NCBI GenBank assembly: GCA_965235115.1
Contig: OZ249436.1
Location: 3,226,001-3,290,000, forward strand
Direction of reading: 5' to 3'
Origin: Laetmonice hystrix
Taxonomy: Eukaryota
Length of the DNA: 64,000 bases
Shown piece by piece: positions 37,101-49,100 of this stretch; position 1 is the first letter of the stretch; each line of letters begins with the position of its first letter. A model generated the notes under the pieces. That model searched no databases. It was not told where the DNA came from and was given only the letters and a program-made list of their open reading frames with translations. The translations under genes and the position numbers were made by a program.

Positions 37101-40100
37101 GGTTTTAAGTAGATTAAAACACATCTAGCTCATCGGGGTGAAGAATTGCTTTGCATCGTTGTTTATTTCATGCCCATATCTATTTCAAAACTGCTTCTAG
37201 TGCGAGAACAAGCTGGAGGGCTTGCACTAGGCGCGGTATAAAAGGATCAATAAAAAAACAAAAAAAACAACAAAGCCAGTCAATTTTACGAATTTTGTAA
37301 ATTTTAATTCTAAGTTAAAACGGTTGAGATCAATGCAGCTTGTTTCCTGTCCTATCTAGTCAGACATTGTCAAACCACACGTTTTAATTTCAGAAAACTC
37401 ATAACTTTCTGATGACCTCTTCTATACAGTTCTCTATTCAAATATTCAGATATACAAAGTCTCGCTCTATATAATGGTAAATCATTGTTTTCGCTTTGAA
37501 ATCCACTTTCAGGAGACAATCGACGTGAACAAGCCACCCCGAGGGACACAACTAAAGGAGAGGGGTCAGCCAGATGGACAGAAATCATGTGACCGGCAGG
37601 GCAAGAAATACCACAACGTGTTTACGTACGACATCAATGGCAGACGAGTCCTGGTTAGGGTGAGTGGGAGACGTGTTCTAAGTGTGGTGGTGTGAGTTTT
37701 ACATGATCTTGGAGGTGTTCTAAGTGTGGCGGTGTGAGTTTTACATGATCTTGGAGGTGTTCTAAGTGTGGTGGTGTGAGTTTTACATGATCTTGGAGGT
37801 GTACTAAGTGTGGTGGTGTGAGTTTTACATGATCTTGGAGGTGATCTAAGTGTGGTGGTGTGAGTTTTACATGATCTTGGAGGTGTTCTAAGTGTGGTGG
37901 TGTGAGTTTTACATGATCTTGGAGGTGTTCTAAGTGTGGTGTTGTGAGTTTTACATGATCTTGGAGATGTTCTAAGTGTGGTGTTGTGAGTTTTACATGA
38001 TCTTGGAGGTGTTCTAAGTGTGGCAGTGTGAGTTTTACATGATCTTGGAGGTGTTCTAAGTGTGGTGGTGTGAGTTTTACATGATCTTGGAGGTGTTCTA
38101 AGTGTGGTGATGTGAGTTTTACATGATCTTGGAGGTGTTCTAAGTGTGGTGGTGTGAGTTTTACATGATCTTGGAGGTATTCTAAGTGTGGGTGTGTGAG
38201 TTTTACATGATCTTGGAGGTGTTCTAAGTGTGGTGGTGTGAGTTTTACATGATCTTGGAGGTGTTCTAAGTGTGGGGGTGTGAGTTTTACATGATCTTGG
38301 AGGTGTTCTAAGTGTGGTGGTGTGAGTTTTACATGATCTTGGAGGTGTTCTAAGTGTGGTGTTGTGAGTTTTACATGATCTTGGAGGTGTTCTAAGTGTG
38401 GTGGTGTGAGTTTTACATGATCTTGGAGGTGTTCTAAGTGTGGTGGTGTGAGTTTTACATGATCTTGGAGATGTTCTAAGTGTGGTGGTGTGAGTTTTAC
38501 ATGATCTTGGAGGTGTTCTAAGTGTGGTGGTGTGAGTTTTACATGATCTTGGAGATGTTCTAAGTGTGGTGGTGTGAGTTTTACATGATCTTGGAGGTGT
38601 TCTAAGTGTGGTGGTGTGAGTTTTACATGATCTTGGAGGTGTTCTAAGTGTGGTGGTGTGAGTTTTACATGATCTTGGAGTTGTTCTAAGTGTGGTGGTG
38701 TGAGTTTTACATGATCTTGGAGGTGTTCTAAGTGTGGTGGTGTGAGTTTTACATGATCTTGGAGGTGTTCTAAGTGTGGTGGTGTGAGTTTTACATGATC
38801 TTGGAGGTGTTCTAAGTGTGGTGGTGTGGGTTTTACATGATCTTGGAGGTGTTCTAAGTGTGGGGGTGTGAGTTTTACATGATCTTGGAGGTGTTCTAAG
38901 TGTGGTGGTGTGAGTTTTACATGATCTTGGAGGTGTTCTAAGTGTGGTGGTGGGAGTTTTACATGATCTTGGAGGTGTTCTAAGTGTGGTGGTGTGAGTT
39001 TTACATGATCTTGGAGGTGTTTTAAGTGTGGTGGTGTGAGTTTTTCATGATCTTGGAGGTGTTCTAAGTGTGGTGGTGTGAGTTTTTCATGATCTTGGAG
39101 GTGTTCTAAGTGTGGTGGTGTGAGTTTTTCATGATCTTGGAGGTGATCTAAGTGTGGTGGTGTGAGTTTTACATGATCTTGGAGGTGTTCTAATAGTGGC
39201 AGTATGATTTTGACACAATCTTAGAGGTGTTCTAATAGTGGCAGTATGATTTTGACACAATCCTTGAGGTGTTCTAATAGTGGCAGTATGATTTTGACAC
39301 AACCCTTGAGGTGTTCTAATAGTGGCAGTATGATGTTGGCACAATATTGGAGGTGTTCTAATAGTGGCAGTATGATGTTGACACAATCATGGAGGTGTTA
39401 TAATAGTTGCAGTATGATTTTGACACAATTTTAGAGGTGTTGTAATAGTGGCAGTATGATTTTTACACAATATTGGAGGTGTTCTAATAGTGGCAGAATG
39501 ATTTTAACACAATATTGGAGTTGTTCTAATAGCTGCAGTATGATTTTGATACAATATTGCTATTGTTGTAATAGATGCAGTATGATTTTTTATAGAAATC
39601 CGGTGAGTCAGAGGACGATAGTGCATACAACTCGCCACCACAGAGTACAAGCCCAAACTATGTGACCATCACCGGGGACCAAGTGGATGACCAGGTTATG
39701 CCCGGCTGGCTCAGGTAAGATAACCGTGGCAGACCTTTTATATTGGCAAACTTGCCACAAGGCACGTGGGCTGTCAACAATCCACTTGCTCCGTAAAGAT
39801 CCAGGGGTGGGTTGCACTAACGGTCCTACGGGTTAGGACTAAATTTAGGACCAGTCCTACATTCAACAGAGACCAATATCCATAATTTAAATGTAATTCG
39901 TTAACTTTTATATCTCAAGGACTATTGAAACTCAGATAGATATGAAGTGCTTGGGGGGCATGACACTCAGTAGGACTGGTCCTAAATTCAGTCCTAACCC
40001 GTAGGACCGTTAGTGCAACCCGCCCCAGTGTCCTAAAATCCACTTGAACCCGGTCGGATAAGTCTGCACTTTCGTATTGGTTTATAAAAGTCAATGCAAA

Positions 40101-43100
40101 CCACTGGGGTGTGACAATCCCCTCACCTGACGGAATAGTCAATTCGCCCTGCGCGTTAGGTTGTAAGATTCTCCCCTGATCGCGTTGGGTTGTAAGATTC
40201 TCCCCACCCCTGATCGCGTTGGGTTGTAAGATTCTCCCCTGATCGCGTTGGGTTGTAAGATTCTCCCCTGATCGCGTTGGGTTGTAAGATTCTCCCCTGA
40301 TCGCGTTGGGTTGTAAGATTTTCCCCTGATCGCGTTGGGCTGTAAGATTCTCCCCACCCCTGATCGTGTTGCGTTGTAAGACTCTCCCCACCCCTGATCG
40401 CGTTGGGTTGTATGATTCTCCCCACCCCTGATCGCGTTGGGTTGTAAGATTCTCCCCACCCCTGATCGCGTTGGGTTGTAAGATTCTCCCCACCCCTGAT
40501 CGCGTTGGGTTGTATGATTCTCCCCACCCCTGATCGCGTTGGGTTGTAAGATTCTCCCTACCCCTGATCGCGTTGGGTTGTAAGATTCTCCCCACCCCTG
40601 ATCGCGTTGGGTTGTAAGATTCTCCCCACCCCTGATCGCGTTGGGTTGTAAGATTCTCCCCACCCCTGATCGCGTTGGGTTGTAAGATTCTCCCCACCCC
40701 TGATCGCGTTGGGTGGTAAGATTCTCCCCGCCCCTGATCGCGTTGAGTTTGAGGTTCTCCCCACCCCTGATCGCGTTGGGTTGTAAGATTCTCCCCTGAT
40801 CGCGTTGGGTTGTAAGATTCTCCCCGCCCCTGATCGCGTTGGGTTGTAAGATTCTCCCCGCCCCTGATCGTGTTGGGTTGTAAGATTCTCCCCACCCCTG
40901 ATCGCGTTGGGTTGTAAGATTCTCCCCTGATCGCGTTGGGTTGTAAGATTCTCCCCACCCCTGATCGCGTTGAGTTTGAGGTTCTCCCCACCCCTGATCG
41001 CGTTGGGTTGTATGATTCTCCCCACCCCTGATCGCGTTGGGTTGTAAGATTCTCCCCACCCCTGATCGCGTTGGGTTGTATGATTCTCCCCACCCCTGAT
41101 AGATTTCACCCCAGAAAGATTGTCAGTGTGTCAAATAAATCTACTTGAGCCCTAGAGTTTGTATTAAGCCCTGTTATGGTGGGTATAATAGCAATGATTG
41201 ATTGTTACAGGAAAGAGTTACAGCGTAGTGGTGGCGGGGTTGGGAGGAGGCAGTCTGCTGACGACTCCCCGACCCCACGACCCCCTGATGACGACACCGA
41301 CCGTCCTAAGTCTGCCAGGTTACGTCCTTTATCAGGTCGTAGACATCTGCGTGTCTCGTCACAGTCCCCAGACCCGCCAACTGTAAGTGTTTGTGTGTCT
41401 CGTCACAGTCCCCAGACCCGCCAACTGTAAGTTTGTATGTCTCGTCACAGTCCCCAGACCCGCCAACTGTAAGTTTGTGTGTCTCGTCACAGTCCCCAGA
41501 CCCGCCAACTGTATTGTGTGTCTCGTCACAGTCCCCAGACCCGCCAACTGTATTGTGTGTCTCGTCACAGTCCCCAGACCCGCCAACTGTATTGTGTGTC
41601 TCGTCACAGTCCCCAGACCCGCCAACTGTAAGTGTTTGTATGTCTCGTCACAGTCCCCAGACCCGCCAACTGTAAGTGTTTGTATGTCTCGTCACAGTCC
41701 CCAGACCCGCCAACTGTAAGTTTGTGTGTCTCGTCACAGTCCCCAGACCCGCCAACTGTAAGTTTGTGTGTCTCGTCACAGTCCCCAGACCCGCCAACTG
41801 TAAGTTTGTGTGTCTCGTCACAGTCCCCAGACCCGCCAACTGTAAGTGTTTGTATGTCTCGTCACAGTCCCCAGACCCGCCAACTGTAAGTGTTTGTATG
41901 TCTCGTCACAGTCCCCAGACCCGCCAACTGTAAGTTTGTGTGTCTCGTCACAGTCCCCAGACCCGCCAACTGTAAGTTTGTGTGTCTCGTCACAGTCCCC
42001 AGACCCGCCAACTGTAAGTTTGTATGTCTCGTCACAGTCCCCAGACCCGCCAACTGTAAGTTTGTGTGTCTCGTCACAGTCCCCAGACCCGCCAACTGTA
42101 AGTTTGTGTGTCTCGTCACAGTCCCCAGACCCGCCAACTGTAAGTTTGTATGTCTCGTCACAGTCCCCAGACCCGCCAACTGTAAGTGTTTGTATGTCTC
42201 GTCACAGTCCCCAGACCCGCCAACTGTAAGTGTTTGTATGTCTCGTCACAGTCCCCAGACCCGCCAACTGTAAGTTTGTGTGTCTCGTCACAGTCCCCAG
42301 ACCCGCCAACTGTAAGTGTTTGTATGTCTCGTCACAGTCCCCAGACCCGCCAACTGTAAGTGTTTGTATGTCTCGTCACAGTCCCCAGACCCGCCAACTG
42401 TAAGTTTGTGTGTCTCGTCACAGTCCCCAGACCCGCCAACTGTAAGTGTTTGTATGTCTCGTCACAGTCCCCAGACCCGCCAACTGTAAGTTTGTGTGTC
42501 TCGTCACAGTCCCCAGACCCGCCAACTGTAAGTGTTTGTATGTCTCGTCACAGTCCCCAGACCCGCCAACTGTAAGTTTGTGTGTCTCGTCACAGTCCCC
42601 AGACCCGCCAACTGTAAGTTTGTGTGTCTCGTCACAGTCCCCAGACCCGCCAACTGTAAGTGTTTGTATGTCTCGTCACAGTCCCCAGACCCGCCAACTG
42701 TAAGTTTGTGTGTCTCGTCACAGTCCCCAGACCCGCCAACTGTAAGTTTGTATGTCTCGTCACAGTCCCCAGACCCGCCAACTGTAAGTTTGTGTGTCTC
42801 GTCACAGTCCCCAGACCCGCCAACTGTAAGTTTGTGTGTCTCGTCACAGTCCCCAGACCCGCCAACTGTAAGTTTGTATGTCTCGTCACAGTCCCCAGAC
42901 CCGCCAACTGTAAGTGTTTGTGTGTCTCGTCACAGTCCTCAGACCCGCCAACTGTAAGTGTTTGTGTGTCTCGTCACAGTCCCCAGACCGGCCAACTGTA
43001 AGTGTTTGTGTGTCTCGTCACAGTCCCCAGACCCGCCAACTGTAAGTGTTTGTGTGTCTCGTCACAGTCCCCAGACCGGCCAACTGTAAGTGTTTGTGTG

Positions 43101-46100
43101 TCTCGTCACAGTCCCCAGACCGGCCAACTGTAAGTGTTTGTTTGTCTCGTCACAGTCCCCAGACCGGCCAACTGTAAGTGTTTGTGTGTCTCGTCACAGT
43201 CCCCAGACCCGCCAACTGTAAGTGTTTGTGTGTCTCGTCACAGTCCCCAGACCGGCCAACTGTAAGTGTTTGTGTGTCTCGTCACAGTCCTCAGACCCGC
43301 CAACTGTAAGTGTTTGTGTGTCTCGTCACAGTCCCCAGACCCGCCAACTGTAAGTTTGTGTGTCTCGTCACAGTCCTCAGACCCGCCAACTGTAAGTGTT
43401 TGTGTGTCTCGTCACAGTCCCCAGACCGGCCAACTGTAAGTGTTTGTATGTCTCGTCACAGTCCCCAGACCCGCCAACTGTAAGTTTGTGTGTCTCGTCA
43501 CAGTCCCCAGACCCGCCAACTGTAAGTTTGTGTGTCTCGTCACAGTCCCCAGACCCGCCAACTGTAAGTTTGTATGTCTCGTCACAGTCCCCAGACCCGC
43601 CAACTGTAAGTTTGTGTGTCTCGTCACAGTCCCCAGACCCGCCAACTGTAAGTTTGTGCGTCTCGTCACAGTCCCCTGGGCCCCGTCTTACTAAGCCGGC
43701 GACGTCGCCAAATGGGACGTCGCCGGCCCATATAAGGTAATATGTCGCCTGTTCTGGCGACGTACCCCATTGCTTTAACGTTGGCGACATTTGACGGGCG
43801 ATGTCGCCGGCTTAGTAAGACGGGCCCCAGACCCGCCAACTGTAAGTTTGTGTGTCTCATCACAGTCCCCAGACCCGCCAACTGTAAGTTTGTGCGTCTC
43901 GTCACAGTCCCCAGACCCGCCAACTGTAAGTTTGTGCGTCTCGTCACAGTCCCCAGACCCGCCAACTGTAAGTTTGTGTGTCTCATCACAGTCCCCAGAC
44001 CCGCCAACTGTAAGTTTGTATGTCTCGTCACAGTCCCCAGACCCGCCAACTGTAAGTGTTTGTATGTCTCGTCACAGTCCCCAGACCCGCCAACTCTAAG
44101 TGTTTGTATGTCTCGTCACAGTCCCCAGACCCGCCAACTGTAAGTGTTTATATGTCTCGTCACAGTCCCCAGACCCGCCAACTGTAAGTTTTTGTGGACA
44201 GAGATTCAAAACTTCAGTTATTGAGACTAAATGAGATATACATTTTACACTAAATATTCACCGGCTATGAACTCTACTTTGATCCGTAGAAACATTACTC
44301 TCACTCCAAATATGACGTTTTCCAACCTATTTTCTTTTCCAGTTATGAGTACATTTTAAAAACCTAAAAGCTATGCGTACTTTGTAGCGTTTTATATTCG
44401 GAAGTGGTAACCAATTGAGAGGAAAGTTAAAGAAGCCTGAAACGATGATAAACTTGCAGGTAAAGACAGGTTGGGGAGCTGAGACGGCCAGTACTAGTGG
44501 TGACAACGGTCAGGATGACGTCAGATCATCAGGTACTGTGGAGACAGCTGTACAGACAGGAGGGGAACTACTCCGGAACTACGAACCCGTGAGTATTCAG
44601 CCGTCAGAGGCTCCTTAACACTGTAACACCCCCCCCCAAGCGCGTTCTCATTGAAAAGCACTCACCATGATCAATCTAAGTGTATCCAGTTCGACCCACA
44701 TATAAGCGCTGTTTCGTTACTTTGCAGTCTGAGTGTATCCAATTTGACCCACCTATAAGCGCCAGTTTCGTTACCTTGCAGTCTGTTTGAACCACCTATA
44801 CGCACCAGTTTCGTAACCATGCAGTCTGAATGTGTCCAATTTGACCCACCTATAAGCACCAGTTTCGTTACCTTGCAGTCTAAGTGTATCCAATTTGACC
44901 CACCTATAAGCACCAGTTTCGTTACCTTGCAGTCTGAGTGTATCCTGTTTGACCCAGCTATAAGCACCAGTTTCGTTACCTTGCAGTCTGAGTGTATCCT
45001 GTTTGACCCAGCTATAAGCGCCAGTTTCGTTACCTTGCAGTCTGAGTGTATCCTGTTTGATGGTGAGAAAGCCCAGTACGAAGTCCAGGTGTTTACGGGA
45101 GACCGACTCGGAGCAGGCACCAAGGCCGACATCAAAGTGGTGTTGAGAGGCGACAAGGGGAGAACGAATGAGATCCACCTGAAGGATTCCAAAACTCACA
45201 AGATCACCTTCCAGAGAGGACAGGTGGGGTGGTCTCTCATGCAGAATCTCGTAAAACAAATTTTCCTATCACTGCAAATATATACAGCTGTATCTACAAG
45301 GAAATTATATACCAGTTATAAAGAACGTATTCAGAAACTGTGAGCTTCAACCCTTCAAGCATTGATAAAGTTTCTGTTATTAGAGCCGGAGCCTAGATTT
45401 TCATCATCCACATTGTGTCCGTAGAAATGTTATAAACAGAGCCTAGATTTTCATCATCCACATTGTGTCCGTAGAAATGTTATAAACAGAGCCTAGATTT
45501 TCATCATCCACATTGTGTCCGTAGAAATGTTATAAACAGAGCCTAGATTTTCATCATCCACATTGTGTCCGTAGAAATGTTATAAACGGAGCCTAGATTT
45601 TCATTATCCACATTGTGTCCGTAGAAATGTTATAAACAGAGCCTAGATTTTCATCATCCACATTGTGTCCGTAGAAATGTTATAAACAGAGCCTAGATTT
45701 TCATCATCCACATTGTGTCCGTAGAAATGTTATAAACGGAGCCTAGATTTTCATCATCCACATTGTGTCCGTAGAAATGTTATAAACAGAGCCTAGATTT
45801 TCATCATCCACATTGTGTCCGTAGAAATGTTATAAACAGAGCCTAGATTTTCATCATCCACACTGTGTCCGTAGAAATGTTATAAACAGAGCCTAGATTT
45901 TCATCATCCACATTGTGTCCGTAGAAATGTTATAAACAGAGCCTAGATTTTCATCATCCACATTATGTCCGTAGAAATGTTATAAACAGAGCCTAGATTT
46001 TCATCCCAGTATTCCCATATATGTTCCAGGAGGACATTTTTGACCTTGATACGTATTTTGTGGGACCCATACGGAAGATCACAATAGGTCATGACAGAAA

Positions 46101-49100
46101 GGAGCTTGGTGAGTAAAACCTTTCAGATACACGGAGAACGGGAGGTCTTACAGCAGTTCTTTGGGATCATGTTATTTAGAGATCTAACATTACCATGAAC
46201 ATTGGGTTAAGGTTAGGGGCAAGGGTAGGGCTACGGTAGAGAGATAGGTTTTTTTCGTAAAAGTTGTTTACGGAATTATGTGATTTAGGTTTCGGGTGGT
46301 ATTTGGAGCGTGTAGAAGTGAAGGACATGATGAATTGCGTCAAGTACGTCATTCCATGCGAACGCTGGCTTTCTTCAAAAGAGACCGACCAGCGGACATT
46401 GCGAGACTTTACTGTGGACTACAGCATGGGCTTCAGTCCAGGTTGGTACCCCATCCTTCCACCTGGACAATCTCTGCATGGAGTGCATGTCTTCTTGTCA
46501 GTGAGAGCCAGAATTTATCGTTCGGTCTAAATTCAAACTAGAACAATCAATAATCATTTATAACCACAATTACCGTCTTAACCGTTCAGGCATTACTAAA
46601 AATGTATAGGCCTATTGCAGCTCAAAGATCTATCCTTGACATATGGTTCAGTCCTCTGTTTAATAAAGAGAATTCAGTATGGCATTGTACGACCTCCAAT
46701 ACAGTGGCCATATCCAGTAACCAAAACCGTCATTTTTGGTTTTGGTCATGATATGATTCGAACCTCCCGATGCTGTCTCCATGGTATACATGTAACATAT
46801 ATACGTGGACCGTGTTTGGTCTGCAGTTCCACCACAAGCCTCCGAACCTGACGTCCCGGAGCCCCAGCAGGCAGCCGCCTCCTACGCTCCAGCTGATGAC
46901 CGTGAGGAAACAACATCCACGGTCTCCCATACCTCCACGGCTACTGTCTACAGTAACCGGAATGACCAGAAGGAAACACCCCGCCGTCGGCCCTCCTACT
47001 CCAGCCGGTCGAGTTACACCTCCAGTACCAGCTCCTACAGCAGGTAAATACAGAAATCTCAGCCACTGGCTGGGGAACTACACCTCCAGTACGAGCTCCT
47101 ACAGCAGGTAATGACAGAAATCTCAGCCACTGGCTGGGGAACTACACCTCCAGTACGAGCTCCTACAGCAGGTAATGACAGAAATCTCAGCCACTGGCTG
47201 GGGAACTACACCTCCAGTACGAGCTCCTACAGCAGGTAATGACAGAAATCTCAGCCACTGGCTGGGGAACTACACCTCCAGTACCAGCTCCTACAGCAGG
47301 TAATGACAGAAATCTCAGCCACTGGCTGGGGAACTACACCTCCAGTACGAGCTCCTACAGCAGGTAAATACAGAAATCTCAGCCACTGGCTGGGGAACTA
47401 CACCTCCAGTACGAGCTCCTACAGCAGGTAATGACAGAAATCTCAGCCACTGGCTGGGGAACTACACCTCCAGTACCAGCTCCTACAGCAGGTAATGACA
47501 GAAATCTCAGCCACTTGCTGGGGAACTACACCCCCGGTACGAGCTCCTACAGCAGGTAATGACAGAAACCTCAGCCACTGGCTGGGGAACTACACCTCCA
47601 GTACCAGCTCCTACAGCAGGTAATGACAGAAATCTCAGCCACTGGCTGGGGAACTACACCTCCAGTACGAGCTCCTACAGCAGGTAATGACAGAAATCTC
47701 AGCCACTGGCTGGGGAACTACACCTCCAGTACGAGCTCCTACAGCAGGTAATGACAGAAATCTCAGCCACTGGCTAGGGAACTACACCTCCAGTACGAGC
47801 TCCTACAGCAGGTAATGACAGAAATCTCAGCCACTGGCTGGGGAACTACACCTCCAGTACCAGCTCCTACAGCAGGTAATGACAGAAATCTCAGCCACTG
47901 GCTGGGGAACTACACCTCCAGTACCAGCTCCTACAGCAGGTAATGACAGAAATCTCAGCCACTGGCTGGGGAACTACACCTCCAGTACGAGCTCCTACAG
48001 CAGGTAAATACAGAAATCTCAGCCACTGGCTGGGGAACTACATGACAGAAATCTCAGCAGGGAGAAATATTTGCACCTCTAATATAAATTCACATTCAGA
48101 TCCAATGATCACTTTAGAAAGAGATGATTATATGGACGAGAAACTTGTAAAGAATGAGCGCATCATAAAAATTGCAAATTGCATAAAAGGCCTCTCAAAA
48201 CAATGACTGGCTATGCAATGGATTTGAAGATGACTCGTCAAACAGGACACATACCTAACGAAGGTGATTACTAAACTGAAACCACCCATATATTTGTACC
48301 TGAGTTTGTTGATGTTTACAGTAGCAGTGAGGAAGAGACGGATCACGAAGACGAGGACAAGGACAAAGTGAAGGAGGAAGAAGTGAAACCCAAACCCTTG
48401 CCCAGGGCTCGACCCTTCCGACGCCGGGATACTTTCTTTGACCAGAAGGGCCCAGGCCAAGATTACTCGTCAGTCTTAGAGTCGCTGTCACAGACTACAG
48501 AACAGGACACACGAGAACGGCAGGACTTTGAGCCGGATACCCCCAGCTATCTGACCAAGGAACCAGGAACTCTACCTCTCGCTCTGAGAGAGGAGGATGA
48601 AGGTCAGTGCGACTCAATGAGTTCATCTATAGAGTGAGTAAAAAAAAAAACTAGACACTTTTTAAAAGGCCCATTGTTTTATTGTGTACCAATATGTACA
48701 ATATATTTTTGCTTGTACTTATGGAGCAATTCTTCCTGCATCTTTTGGTACCAGTCATGCTTGATTGGTTTTCATGCATGACCGCACAGGAGACAATTAA
48801 GGGACAAGGGTGAAATCTGACCTGTACCAACAAACCAATCAAGCATGACTGGTACCAAAAGATGCAGGAAGGGTTGCTGCATAAGTACAAGCAAAAATAT
48901 ATTGTACATATTGGTACACAATAAAACAATGGGCCTTTTAAAAAGTGTCTAGTTTTTTTTTACTCACCCTGTATACCAGCTTAGTTCTAACAACAGCTGC
49001 TAGGTGGCGGTAGTGTATACATGACAGTGTAACAGCCTAATATTATCAGTGTTTAGCCGGTTCAAACAAACATATTTCATAACGTCAGAATTAAATTCGC

